Assembly: GCA_045047115.1 (NCBI GenBank)
Contig: JASFYR010000020.1
Location: 1 to 55,384, forward strand
DNA length: 55,384 bases
DNA from: Sulfurospirillum sp.
GTDB lineage: Bacteria; Campylobacterota; Campylobacteria; Campylobacterales; Sulfurospirillaceae
Direction of reading: 5' to 3'
Shown here piece after piece: positions 1 to 9,936 of the stretch. How positions within the stretch are numbered: the first letter of the stretch is position 1; each line of letters starts with the position of its first letter. The notes below the pieces were generated by a model. The model was not told where the DNA came from. It saw only the letters and a program-made list of their open reading frames with translations, and did not search any database. Both the position numbers and the translations under genes were made by a program.

Positions 1-99
1 AGCTTTGATGATGAAGTTGACTTTCCCAACACTGTAGCCTATCTTTTTAGCAATCTTTGGTTGAGATGTATCTTGTGTTATAGATCTGAGTACTTGCAA
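1..99 (-). CDS. MarR-family EPS-associated transcriptional regulator, partial (runs off the window; possibly a 5'-truncated remnant)
   Basis: Manual minus-strand translation LQVLRSITQDTSQPKIAKKIGYSVGKVNFIIKA resembles the wHTH motif SQR..A..LG.S.GKVN..LKAL. Only TTG at 99 is available as a start after an in-frame TAA at 168-166. Confidence 0.55.
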   Translation of the reverse strand, partial: MQVLRSITQDTSQPKIAKKIGYSVGKVNFIIKA

Positions 100-207
100 A
101 GGTTGAAATTTAAACTTGAAAATTCTCTTTAATTCTAGCCGGTTTAACTGTAGTGATTTCTTGGGTTATACAAAGTATGAGTTGATTTTATAATTGTTGT
201 CGATTAG

Positions 208-282
208 TGGATGGGGTGAAGGGATTCGAACCCCTGAATACTGGTACCAAAAACCAGTGCCTTACCGCTTGGCGACACCCCA
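208..282 (-). tRNA. tRNA-Gln (TTG)
   Basis: 75-nt cloverleaf, anticodon stem CTGGT/ACCAG with loop TTTTGGT, GGTTCGAATCC T-arm, encoded CCA. Confidence 0.97.
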
Positions 283-301
283 ACAATAAGTTTAAGTAAA
301 T

Positions 302-378
<77 letters not shown>

Positions 379-392
379 TTAATTGAGGTGAA

Positions 393-421
393 ATTATAGT
401 CGTTTTTATCTTAATTGTCAA
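393..421 (-). promoter_or_regulatory. sigma70 promoter of the tRNA-fMet/tRNA-Gln operon
   Basis: TTGACA (421-416), 17 bp, TATAAT (398-393); perfect consensus. Confidence 0.8.
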
Positions 422-468
422 GGGATTATGGTACAATTTCACGAAAATAAATCTATTTGGAGAAATTT

Positions 469-1491
469 ATGTCTAAAAACAGGGTGGAAAGGGCAATTGA
501 GGATATCAAGCAAGGTAAAATGGTCTTGATGGTTGATGATGAAGATAGAGAAAATGAGGGGGATCTAGTCTATGCGGCTACTTTTTCTACTCCTCAAAAA
601 GTGAATTTTATGGCTTCCATGGCAAAAGGGCTCATATGTGTCTCTTTAACAAAAAAGATCTCAGACAGTCTTGACCTGGCTCCCATGGTTGCAAACAACA
701 ACTCTCAGCACGAAACAGCTTTTACGGTGACTGTCGACGCAGCAACATGTACGACAGGAATCTCTGCTTATGAAAGAGACATGACTATCAAGGTGCTTGC
801 TGATTGCACCAGTAAGCCTGGTGATTTGGTCAGACCTGGTCATATATTTCCATTGATAGCGAAAAAAGGCGGTACTCTTGTGAGGACAGGACACACAGAG
901 GGTTCAGTCGATCTTTGTAAGCTTGCCGGACTAAACAGTGTCGCGGTCATCTGTGAAGTGATGAAAGATGACGGTACGATGGCAAGAAGGGCTGATTTGG
1001 ATCTTTTTTGTAAGCAAAATGATATAAATATGATCTATATATCTGACATAGTAGAGTATCGCATGGGACACGAATCCCTGGTCAGAGAGATCTCTTCTTC
1101 AAAAGTCTCTTTTTTAGGAGCGGAAGCAAGACGAATCGATATGGTCGATCATGAAGGAAACCATCATACTATATATGAATTTGGTGAGTTAAAAGACACT
1201 ACAGCTGTCAAGTTTCATAATATCATGTGGGATGATGAGCTTTTTGCAGATCAGGCAAAATTTGAAGGGATGGTTAAAGCTGTGGATTATCTCAAGAAAA
1301 ATGGTGGAGTTTTAGTCTTTATAGGAAGTGAGAATTCTTTTAGTAGAGAGATAAGAGAGTATGGAGTAGGGGCTCAAATCCTCAGTAAACTAGGTATCAA
1401 AAACATAAAACTGATCTCATCCCTAAAAGGGTGTGAGTTTATAGGACTTAGTGGTTTTGGCTTGGATATAGTCGAAAACATAGAACTATAG
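469..1491 (+). CDS. ribB: 3,4-dihydroxy-2-butanone-4-phosphate synthase fused to a degenerate GTP cyclohydrolase II domain (RibBA/RibBX)
   Basis: DDEDRENEGDL, RPGHIFPL and GHTEGSVDL motifs. ATG 469 follows GGAG; the ORF track starts at TTG 457. Confidence 0.9.
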   Translation: MSKNRVERAIEDIKQGKMVLMVDDEDRENEGDLVYAATFSTPQKVNFMASMAKGLICVSLTKKISDSLDLAPMVANNNSQHETAFTVTVDAATCTTGISAYERDMTIKVLADCTSKPGDLVRPGHIFPLIAKKGGTLVRTGHTEGSVDLCKLAGLNSVAVICEVMKDDGTMARRADLDLFCKQNDINMIYISDIVEYRMGHESLVREISSSKVSFLGAEARRIDMVDHEGNHHTIYEFGELKDTTAVKFHNIMWDDELFADQAKFEGMVKAVDYLKKNGGVLVFIGSENSFSREIREYGVGAQILSKLGIKNIKLISSLKGCEFIGLSGFGLDIVENIEL

Positions 1492-1502
1492 GACAGTAAA
1501 AA

Positions 1503-1877
1503 GTGAAGATAAGAGTCTATTACGACGATACCGATGCGGGAGGTATCGTCTATCATGCAAATTATCTGAAGTACTGTGAGAGGGCAAGGAGCGAGTTGTT
1601 TTTTGAAAGAGGGAAGATGCCGAGTTTTGAAGGAGCCCACTTTGTCGTAAAGCATATAGATGCCGAGTTTTTAAGATCTGCCAAACTGGGAGATATGATC
1701 GAAGTGAAGCATAAAATCCTGCATATCGGTGCTGCTTCTATGAAACTGTATCAGTCCGTTTGGCTTGATGGTGTTAAGCTCTTTGAGATGACTTCGGTTT
1801 TGGTATATGCAAAAGAGGGTAGAGCAAAACGCATAGATGAGGAGATGAGAGACTTTCTCACATCCCTTCGTCTGTAA
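1503..1877 (+). CDS. ybgC: YbgC/FadM-family acyl-CoA thioesterase
   Basis: RVYYDDTDAGGIVYHANYLKYCERARSE signature. Confidence 0.9.
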   Translation: MKIRVYYDDTDAGGIVYHANYLKYCERARSELFFERGKMPSFEGAHFVVKHIDAEFLRSAKLGDMIEVKHKILHIGAASMKLYQSVWLDGVKLFEMTSVLVYAKEGRAKRIDEEMRDFLTSLRL

Positions 1878-3054
1878 GAGTGTTTATGGTGTATCTCTTT
1901 GGTGAGACTATATAAGTGTTGTATTCTACTTGATTATTAAGCACTTCTTCACCAAAGCTTCTGTTTTCATTTTGCAAGAAGAATCTGTTGTATAGTATAT
2001 CAAGCCCCAAAGAAGTCGAATAATTCACCCAATTGTACTCTATGTCGCTGCCTAGAAAGTTATTTGACATCGTGATTTCTTCATTTACATTTCCTATAGA
2101 GTTTGCTATCAAGAGCGATTTTCTATCTGCGTATTGGGTCAGGGTCAATATCATAGGATTGTAGTTTATCTGAGTCGAGAGCAGGTTGTACGGCTTTCTA
2201 TCATAAACTCTCAGCTGCGATGCCAAAAGGCTGGCTTTTACAAGAGGAAGATTTAAAAATATAGACGAATTGTCCAATTTTCTGTTCCATTTTAAAATCT
2301 TTTTAAAATTTATATTTGAGTTTTTAAACTTCTTTTCGTATATTATAAGCTTTTGACTGTTTTGTACTTCAGAATTTAGCTCATTTGCTATGCTGCTATC
2401 GTCTGAAAATATTGCTATCTTATTTGTAGCGTACAGCAAAAGTTTATCTACCTGTTGCTTATAGTTTATGCCTCCAAAGATAACATTTGGGCCGGGATTT
2501 TCTATCTTATTGGAGTTGACAGTTGGTATATATACGATAAGTCCCTTAGAATTTTGCACTACTATTTTTGCCCCTTTTTCTGTTAAAGGTGCTAAAATAT
2601 ACTTGTAGCCGTCCTTCCTTATCTTTGCTAAAGAGTTAAGTAGAGAACTTTCACTTTCGTCATTTGAATTATAGATTTTAAGGTCAAAATTGTACTTTTT
2701 GTACAAAAGATATGCCAAAGCCGAATCAACAGTGCTCACAGCATATCTTCTTATGACTTTTTGTGGTATGAGCATAGCTAGTCTTATATTTAGATTGTCT
2801 TTTTTGTTTATACCAAAAAGAGCGGTGTATTTATCGTATTTGTTTTGGATATTGTCAAATTGCGAATGATTTTTGTAGATACTCAAGAAGGAAAATATCT
2901 TGCCGTTTGCCAACAAGGCATTTAGACATGTTGTGTTACAATCTTCTACTTGTAGATTCATAAATACATTTTTGACAGGAGGTATTTGCGATAAAATCTC
3001 ACTTTTTGAAAAGAGCAAACTTATAAAGAGTGCTGTTAGGAGTATTTTTTTCAT
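1858..3054 (-). CDS. Exported hypothetical protein, possibly periplasmic-binding/LppC-like fold
   Basis: 398-aa ORF with signal peptide MKKILLTALFISLLFS; ATGA-type overlap with the UDG gene. Confidence 0.6.
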   Translation of the reverse strand: MKKILLTALFISLLFSKSEILSQIPPVKNVFMNLQVEDCNTTCLNALLANGKIFSFLSIYKNHSQFDNIQNKYDKYTALFGINKKDNLNIRLAMLIPQKVIRRYAVSTVDSALAYLLYKKYNFDLKIYNSNDESESSLLNSLAKIRKDGYKYILAPLTEKGAKIVVQNSKGLIVYIPTVNSNKIENPGPNVIFGGINYKQQVDKLLLYATNKIAIFSDDSSIANELNSEVQNSQKLIIYEKKFKNSNINFKKILKWNRKLDNSSIFLNLPLVKASLLASQLRVYDRKPYNLLSTQINYNPMILTLTQYADRKSLLIANSIGNVNEEITMSNNFLGSDIEYNWVNYSTSLGLDILYNRFFLQNENRSFGEEVLNNQVEYNTYIVSPKRYTINTLTDEGM

Positions 3055-3704
3055 AATAATTTTTTAACCTTTAACATATCAGCAAATACATCTTTTTTCG
3101 CTGATGGATTTCTCAAGAGATAGCTGGGATGATAAGTAGGTATGAGCTTTGCATCTCCATACTCAAGTATCTCTCCTCTGATTTTTGATATCGACATATT
3201 GTAATCACCACTCAAATGGTGATAACTCGTAGAGCCCAGCGCCACTATGATTTTGGGTTTTATCATAGCTATCTGCTCTTCAAGGTATGGTATGCAGACT
3301 GTGACTTCCTCTAGTGTCGGTACTCGATTGTTTGGAGGTCGGCATTTTACTATATTTGCTATGTAGATATCTTTTCGCTTTAGATTTAGGACATTTTCTA
3401 TGATTTTTGTCAAAAGCATTCCGGCTCTGCCGACAAAAGGTTTTCCACTTTCATCTTCATTTGCCCCGGGACCCTCTCCTATAAACATCAAATCTGCGTT
3501 TTTATCACCTTCTCCAAAAACAACATTTTTTCTAGTCTTCGACAGAGGACAGAGGTGGCAGTTGCTTACTTTTTCTTCTATCTCTTTGAGATTAGTCGAT
3601 GAAATTTTCACTTTGGCCGCATTTGGTTGTTTGTAGTCTCTAAAGTATTCAAAGCCCATAGAGCGATACTGGTATAGTAATTTTAATAATTTTGCTTTTT
3701 CCAT
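3051..3704 (-). CDS. Uracil-DNA glycosylase family 4
   Basis: CHLC, GEGPG, KCRPPNNR and YHPSYLLRN motifs. Confidence 0.92.
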   Translation of the reverse strand: MEKAKLLKLLYQYRSMGFEYFRDYKQPNAAKVKISSTNLKEIEEKVSNCHLCPLSKTRKNVVFGEGDKNADLMFIGEGPGANEDESGKPFVGRAGMLLTKIIENVLNLKRKDIYIANIVKCRPPNNRVPTLEEVTVCIPYLEEQIAMIKPKIIVALGSTSYHHLSGDYNMSISKIRGEILEYGDAKLIPTYHPSYLLRNPSAKKDVFADMLKVKKLL

Positions 3705-3770
3705 TTCAAATATTATCCAAGATGCGATTAATATCTGCTATAATTGTCAAAAAAATAAAGATAGATTTAC

Positions 3771-5075
3771 ATGCTAGACAAATTAGAGAAGATATTGGAA
3801 AAAAGAGATGTGCTTTTGACTGGTGGTGGAGGGGTCGGAAAGAGCTATCTCTGCGTACAGTTGGCTAAAAATTTTAAAAAAAACACGAGACAAGTTATTG
3901 TCTTGGGGAGTACGGGAGTCAGTGCTGTAAATGTAAATGGTCAGACTATTCACAGTTTTTTTGCATTTGGAATTAACAACTCTCTTGCAGAGTTGAAAAA
4001 ACATGACAGATATGTTAAAAACAGACTAGGAGAGATCAAAAAGATACTGAGCAAATGCGAACTGCTGATAATCGATGAAATCAGCATGGTTTCATCATCC
4101 TTGCTTGATATGATACAGTACAGATTAAGAAACGGGGCGTTTAGAGGAAGGATTCTTTTTGTTGGTGATTTCTTTCAGCTGCCTCCTGTGTTCAAGAAAA
4201 AGAACAGTTTACTTCTGGAAGAAAACGGATATGCTTTTGAAAGTAGTGCCTGGAAGTTTTTTGATCCTGTTGTGATTGAACTGACAAAGACCAAAAGAAC
4301 AGAAGATTTGAAATTTTTTAAAGTTCTTAACAAGATAAGATGGGCATATATAGATGATGAAGTTGATGAGTACCTGGGAAAACTGAGTACAAATACTTCA
4401 GTCTTAAACTCTGATGCCACGATACTGTTTGCCAGGAATGCAGAGGCAGACAAAATGAACCTGAAAAAGCTAAAAGAGTTAAAGGGTGAGCCGGTTTTGA
4501 TCAAGGCAAAAGAGAAGTTACATGTAAAGAGTCTGCACGAAAACAAGATAAAAAATTGGAAAAATTCACTACCTGTGCCTTGTGATTTGACCCTGAAAAT
4601 TGGTGCTAAAGTTCTATTTTGTACAAACAAATGGCAAAAATACTACAATGGCGAAAGAGGCATCGTGCGAGAGATAGGGGATGATTATATCCTGGTCGAA
4701 AAAGAGGATGATTTTGTCAGAGTTGAGAGGATGGAGTACACGATGAGTGAAAATATTGTCCTAAATGAAGAGATAGAGGAAAAACCACTCGTCTCTGTAG
4801 AACAGTTTCCACTCAAACTGGCCTACGCTATAACCATACACAAATCTCAAGGAATGAGCATAGAAGAGCTTGTCTGCAATATCGATCATATATTTGAAAA
4901 GAGTCAGTTTTATGTTGCGATTTCCAGGGCTAAAAATCCTGCTAAACTATATCTTGATTTGAGTTATGGAGATTTTCACAATAAACTTAGAAATATCACA
5001 CAAATCTCCCAAAAAGTAGTAGATTTTTATAAAAACAGCAAAGTAGTAAAGATAGAAGAGGAAAATTTGCTATAA
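3771..5075 (+). CDS. Pif1/RecD-like SF1B DNA helicase
   Basis: GGGGVGKS Walker A, IIDEISM, GDFFQLPPV, QFPLKLAYAITIHKSQGMS, YVAISRA. Confidence 0.88.
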   Translation: MLDKLEKILEKRDVLLTGGGGVGKSYLCVQLAKNFKKNTRQVIVLGSTGVSAVNVNGQTIHSFFAFGINNSLAELKKHDRYVKNRLGEIKKILSKCELLIIDEISMVSSSLLDMIQYRLRNGAFRGRILFVGDFFQLPPVFKKKNSLLLEENGYAFESSAWKFFDPVVIELTKTKRTEDLKFFKVLNKIRWAYIDDEVDEYLGKLSTNTSVLNSDATILFARNAEADKMNLKKLKELKGEPVLIKAKEKLHVKSLHENKIKNWKNSLPVPCDLTLKIGAKVLFCTNKWQKYYNGERGIVREIGDDYILVEKEDDFVRVERMEYTMSENIVLNEEIEEKPLVSVEQFPLKLAYAITIHKSQGMSIEELVCNIDHIFEKSQFYVAISRAKNPAKLYLDLSYGDFHNKLRNITQISQKVVDFYKNSKVVKIEEENLL

Positions 5076-5097
5076 TTTGAAAAAAAGGTTGATAGAT

Positions 5098-5484
5098 ATG
5101 AGAAAAATTGTTTTTGTTTTGTTTTTATTAACAGCAAGTTTGATGGCGCAAATGTTAAGTATCGATAATTTTAGTGCGGAAGTTTTTTCAAGAGCTACAA
5201 AGAAACCCGTCACAATCAATCTAAAAATGATGATTGAGGGGAGATATGTCGAAGAGGAGAGTTATAAGATCATAGATGCTCTAAATATCGTCGTAGGAAG
5301 TTTTTATCTCGAAGATTTGATAACATCCCAAGGCAAACAAAAACTAAAAGAGGCTATAAAATCCTATACGACAAGTAAATACAGCATAGATATAGACAAC
5401 ATCTATATACTAAAACTTCAATCCCAACCAAATACACAAGAAATCATAGATGCACTAAAAAAAGAGGGTATGTGCGTGAAGTAG
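5098..5484 (+). CDS. Exported FliL-like domain protein
   Basis: Signal peptide MRKIVFVLFLLTASLMA; DLITSQGKQKLKEAI resembles the FliL C-terminus. ATG 5098 preferred over TTG 5077. Confidence 0.55.
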   Translation: MRKIVFVLFLLTASLMAQMLSIDNFSAEVFSRATKKPVTINLKMMIEGRYVEEESYKIIDALNIVVGSFYLEDLITSQGKQKLKEAIKSYTTSKYSIDIDNIYILKLQSQPNTQEIIDALKKEGMCVK

Positions 5485-5487
5485 TCA

Positions 5488-6003
5488 CTACTGAGTGACT
5501 ATATCATACTCTTTTGGGATATTTAGTTTAAATAAAACATCGTCTAAGATTATATTTTTCTCCATATTTTTTAGTTTTATGACAACTCTGTTTTCCAGTT
5601 TGTCTTTGTAGTTTATGGAAGTAATTTCACCATTTTTTACATCTATATAGTAGTTAGTATCTTCAAATTTTGCCATATACCTGTTTTTTGAAACCTGTTT
5701 GGCGCTTTTTATGATTGTTGCAAAATTTGGACTGTTTTGCAGATTGGTTATGATAGCTTGTTCGAGTTCTGGCTCTATAATCACGACTTTACTTTTGATA
5801 AAATAGACTTTTTTACTTATGGGTGTCTTATATATCCACAGTGCTATCTGTCTGTCAGTGGCATAAAAAATACCTGTATATGTTATGGTGCTGTTTTGTT
5901 CATTTGTTATAGTTTGAACGAAATCGGACTTAAGTGTTTTGAAATCAAAAATATTTGCGTAAATATTTAAGAAAAATATAGATAAAAATAGTATAATCTT
6001 CAT
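5488..6003 (-). CDS. lolA: Outer-membrane lipoprotein chaperone LolA
   Basis: Signal peptide, SDFVQTI and IIEPELEQAI motifs; divergent from secA. Confidence 0.85.
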   Translation of the reverse strand: MKIILFLSIFFLNIYANIFDFKTLKSDFVQTITNEQNSTITYTGIFYATDRQIALWIYKTPISKKVYFIKSKVVIIEPELEQAIITNLQNSPNFATIIKSAKQVSKNRYMAKFEDTNYYIDVKNGEITSINYKDKLENRVVIKLKNMEKNIILDDVLFKLNIPKEYDIVTQ

Positions 6004-6113
6004 AAAGATAGAACTCCTGATTGTATTATGATGGTATTATAGTAAAGTTTTAGCAAATAGATAGTAAAACTATGATAAAATTACAAGTTTATTTTAAAAT
6101 AAGAGGTAGATTA

Positions 6114-8705
6114 ATGTTTGTAGAGACCGTAGCAAAAAAGATTTTTGGAACCAAAAATGATAGATTGGTGAAAGCCTATCTTAAAAGAGTAAAAAAGATA
6201 AATGAGCTCGAAGAGTTATATGAAAAGATGAGTGACGATGAGCTTAAAGGCACATTTGATGGCTTTAAGCAAGAGGTAAATGAGCAGAAGAAGAGTTTGG
6301 ACGATATAGTCTATGATGTTTTTGCAATCGTTAGAGAAGTAAGTAAAAGAACCATAGGTTTGCGTCATTTTGATGTTCAGATGGTTGGTGGTTTGGTTCT
6401 TCACGAAGGTGATATAGCAGAGATGAAAACAGGTGAGGGTAAAACCCTGGTTGCCACACTTCCGGTAACTCTAAATGCCATGACCGGCAAAGGTGTACAT
6501 GTAGTAACAGTAAACGACTACCTGGCAAAAAGAGATGCTACAGACATGACTCCTATATATAGTTTTCTGGGACTCAGTGTCGGAGTGATTACAGCCGAGC
6601 TTGAAGATGACGCAGTAAGAAAAGAGCAGTATGCCTGCGATATAACTTATGGTACAAATAACGAATACGGTTTTGACTATCTAAGAGACAATATGCGCTA
6701 TTCCCTGGAAGAGAAAGTTCAAAGAGATTACAATTTCGTCATAGTTGATGAAGTTGACTCTATCTTGATAGATGAAGCAAGAACACCTCTTATAATTTCC
6801 GGACCTACAAACAGAACACTTGACGGATATAAAAAAGCTGATAAAATTGCAAAACAGTTAAAAAAAGATATTGATTTTAAAGTGGATGAGAAAAACAGAA
6901 CCATTTTGATAACAGAAGAGGGGAATGAAAGGGCTGAAAAGCTTTTTGAAGTAGGCAATCTGTACAGCTTGGAAAATGCCATCTTGGCACATCATTTAGA
7001 TCAGGCATTAAAGGCACACAATCTTTTTGAGAAAGATGTTGATTATGTTGTAAAAGATGGAGAGATAGTTATAGTTGATGAGTTCACAGGTCGTCTTAGC
7101 GAAGGTAGAAGGTTTAGTGAAGGACTGCACCAGGCGTTGGAAGCAAAAGAGAGTGTGGAGATCAAAGAGGAGTCTCAAACTCTTGCGGACATCACATTTC
7201 AAAACTATTTTAGACAGTATGACAAACTAGCAGGTATGACTGGAACTGCACAAACTGAAGCTACGGAATTTGCTCAGATATACAAACTCGAAGTCATAAC
7301 CATACCGACAAATCTTCCTATGGTAAGAGAAGACAATAACGATCTAATATATAAAACAGAAGCAGAAAAATTTAATGCTACCATGGAGGATATAGAGGCT
7401 TGTCATAAAAAAGGTCAGCCTGTACTGGTTGGTACCGCATCTATCGAAAAGAGTGAATTGTTGCACTATCTATTGAAAAAAAGAGATATTCCTCATACCG
7501 TGTTAAATGCCAAAAACCACTTCAAAGAGGCTGAGATTATAAAAAATGCCGGAGAAAAGGGAGCTGTTACTATAGCAACAAATATGGCGGGTCGTGGTGT
7601 TGATATAAAGATATCCGATGAGATTAAGAAGCTGGGCGGTCTGTACATCATAGGTACTGAGAGACACGAAAGCCGAAGGATAGACAATCAGTTAAGAGGC
7701 CGTTCAGGTCGTCAGGGAGATCCCGGAAAGAGTAGATTTTATTTGAGTCTTGAAGACAATCTTCTGAGAATTTTTGGCAGCGATAGAATCAAAAACATCA
7801 TGGAAAGACTAGGCATAGAAGAGGGTGAGCATATAGAATCAAAGATGGTAACAAGAGCTGTTGAAAATGCTCAAAAAAAGATAGAAAATATGAACTTCGA
7901 ATCAAGAAAACATCTTTTGGAGTATGATGATGTTGCAAATGAACAGAGAAAAACCATATATGCCTTTAGAAATCATCTCTTGGATAAAAATTATGATATA
8001 GGTGCAAAACTTGATGAGATAAGAGCAGAGTTTGTGGCAAATCTACTTTTTCAAGCAGAAATTTATGAAGGTGCGACAAAAGAAGATATAGAGTTAGAAA
8101 AATTGGTTGCCAACATAAATGAAGAGTTACAGGAGAGATTTAGTGTTGAAGACTTGGAAGGCTTGGATTATGATGAGCTTAAAGAGGCTGTTGAGAAGAT
8201 ATTGCAAGATAGTTACAATGAAAAGATGTCTGTTATAGATGATGAACAAAGAAGAGAGATAGAGAGAGTTTTATACCTCCAAGTACTTGATAATGCATGG
8301 AGAGAGCATCTTTATCAGATGGATATACTAAAAACAGGTATCGGGCTTCGTGGATACAATCAAAAAGATCCACTTGTTGAGTATAAAAAAGAGAGCTATA
8401 ACCTCTTTGTTGAGCTGGTTGAGCAGATAAAATTTGAAAGTTTCAAGACTCTATATATAGTACAACTTAAAGATGAAAATGAAGAAGAACAAAGAAGAGT
8501 TATGGAAGAGATGATAAAAAATATGGAAGATGAGGCATCACAAGGAGTTACACTTAAGCACGAGAGTACACTTGAGCCTCAAAACAATGAGCCAATCATA
8601 GCTGAAAAAAAGATACCAAGAAATGCTCCTTGTCCATGTGGCAGCGGTAAAAAGTATAAAAACTGCTGTGGAAAAAGTGGCCCTAAAAAAGGTGCATTAG
8701 CATAA
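6114..8705 (+). CDS. secA: Preprotein translocase ATPase SecA
   Basis: [36 protein letters not shown] and C-terminal [16 protein letters not shown] 6114 follows GAGGT. Confidence 0.98.
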   Translation: MFVETVAKKIFGTKNDRLVKAYLKRVKKINELEELYEKMSDDELKGTFDGFKQEVNEQKKSLDDIVYDVFAIVREVSKRTIGLRHFDVQMVGGLVLHEGDIAEMKTGEGKTLVATLPVTLNAMTGKGVHVVTVNDYLAKRDATDMTPIYSFLGLSVGVITAELEDDAVRKEQYACDITYGTNNEYGFDYLRDNMRYSLEEKVQRDYNFVIVDEVDSILIDEARTPLIISGPTNRTLDGYKKADKIAKQLKKDIDFKVDEKNRTILITEEGNERAEKLFEVGNLYSLENAILAHHLDQALKAHNLFEKDVDYVVKDGEIVIVDEFTGRLSEGRRFSEGLHQALEAKESVEIKEESQTLADITFQNYFRQYDKLAGMTGTAQTEATEFAQIYKLEVITIPTNLPMVREDNNDLIYKTEAEKFNATMEDIEACHKKGQPVLVGTASIEKSELLHYLLKKRDIPHTVLNAKNHFKEAEIIKNAGEKGAVTIATNMAGRGVDIKISDEIKKLGGLYIIGTERHESRRIDNQLRGRSGRQGDPGKSRFYLSLEDNLLRIFGSDRIKNIMERLGIEEGEHIESKMVTRAVENAQKKIENMNFESRKHLLEYDDVANEQRKTIYAFRNHLLDKNYDIGAKLDEIRAEFVANLLFQAEIYEGATKEDIELEKLVANINEELQERFSVEDLEGLDYDELKEAVEKILQDSYNEKMSVIDDEQRREIERVLYLQVLDNAWREHLYQMDILKTGIGLRGYNQKDPLVEYKKESYNLFVELVEQIKFESFKTLYIVQLKDENEEEQRRVMEEMIKNMEDEASQGVTLKHESTLEPQNNEPIIAEKKIPRNAPCPCGSGKKYKNCCGKSGPKKGALA

Positions 8706-9901
8706 AAACACTTAGTGGATATCTAGTAAGAAAATACCTGAGATTTGATAAAACTCAGCCCTTTATCACTGTTAGTGCTGTCTTGGCATTTTTGGGTGTC
8801 TGCATCGGAGTCATGGTGCTTATAGTCGCTATGGCGATAATGAATGGCTTCGATAAAGAGTTTGAAAAGAAACTCTTTACTATGAACTATCCCCTCAGTG
8901 TCTTTTCCAGGACATTTCAAAAAGTAGATAATAAAGATTTGGATTTGTTGAAAAGGAAGTTTCCAAATCTAAAATTTAGCCCTTACATATCATCTCAGGT
9001 GATTATTAAAAAAGGTAATAGGCTCGAAGGCGGGCTTCTTTTTGGTGTAAATTTTAAAAATGAGATGGAGATAAACTCTGTTTTAAAAAAAGCCCTAAAA
9101 GACAAAAAAATAAGCAGATATGATGTCATAGTGGGGAAAGAGATAAGGGACAGAAATTTTCTTGAAAACGGAGATAAGCTGACACTTATATTTACAGCAA
9201 CCGATCCTAGCGGTTTTTCTCTTTTGCCAAAGATGAAAAGATTTAGATACAAAGGCTACTTTGAATCTGGGCTTATAGCTTACGACAAAGTTTATATGTA
9301 CACTACTTTAGGGTCTATAAGACGGGTGCTAAGATATAAAAAAGGCATATATGATGGCATACATATATACTCTGACACTCCATTTGTTGATATAAAAAAG
9401 ATAAAAAAAGTACTCCCGGGCAATCTGGGAGTAGTCGGCTGGTGGCAGATGAACGGTAACTTTTTTTCTGCATTGAAGCTTGAAAAGAGGTCGCTTTTTA
9501 TAGTGTTAATGCTCATAATTCTAATCGCATCCCTAAATATAGTCAGCTCACTACTTATGACAGTTATGAGCAGAAGAAAAGAGATAGCTCTTCTTTTTGC
9601 ACTGGGTGCCACAGCAAAGGAGATCAAAAAGACATTTTTTCTTCTAGGCTCCATCATCGGGGGAGGAGGGATAATTGTTGGGATGATGCTTGGACTTATA
9701 TCTATATATATACTTGGTTCATTTGACATCATATCTCTTCCTGCGGATGTATATGGAACTTCAAAATTACCTCTTGATTTGTCTGTGATTGATCTCTTTT
9801 TGATACTTTTTGGATCTGTTATGATAGTGCTTTTTTCTTCATACTATCCGGCATATAAAGCTACAAAAATAAATGTTTTAGATACTCTTAGAAATGAGTA
9901 A
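8702..9901 (+). CDS. lolE: LolC/E-family lipoprotein-releasing ABC permease
   Basis: FtsX-type permease. The frame is open upstream of TTG 8783 ([21 protein letters not shown]); start inferred at ATA 8702 (see findings). Confidence 0.85.
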   Translation: MKTLSGYLVRKYLRFDKTQPFITVSAVLAFLGVCIGVMVLIVAMAIMNGFDKEFEKKLFTMNYPLSVFSRTFQKVDNKDLDLLKRKFPNLKFSPYISSQVIIKKGNRLEGGLLFGVNFKNEMEINSVLKKALKDKKISRYDVIVGKEIRDRNFLENGDKLTLIFTATDPSGFSLLPKMKRFRYKGYFESGLIAYDKVYMYTTLGSIRRVLRYKKGIYDGIHIYSDTPFVDIKKIKKVLPGNLGVVGWWQMNGNFFSALKLEKRSLFIVLMLIILIASLNIVSSLLMTVMSRRKEIALLFALGATAKEIKKTFFLLGSIIGGGGIIVGMMLGLISIYILGSFDIISLPADVYGTSKLPLDLSVIDLFLILFGSVMIVLFSSYYPAYKATKINVLDTLRNE

Positions 9902-9913
9902 GATTATAAACAT

Positions 9914-9936
9914 CTAGCTATCTAATAGTTGGTTTT
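9914..9936 (+). terminator. Weak candidate intrinsic terminator after lolE
   Basis: CTAGCTAT-cta-ATAGTTGG stem with G-U pairs followed by TTTT, between convergent genes. Confidence 0.3.
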
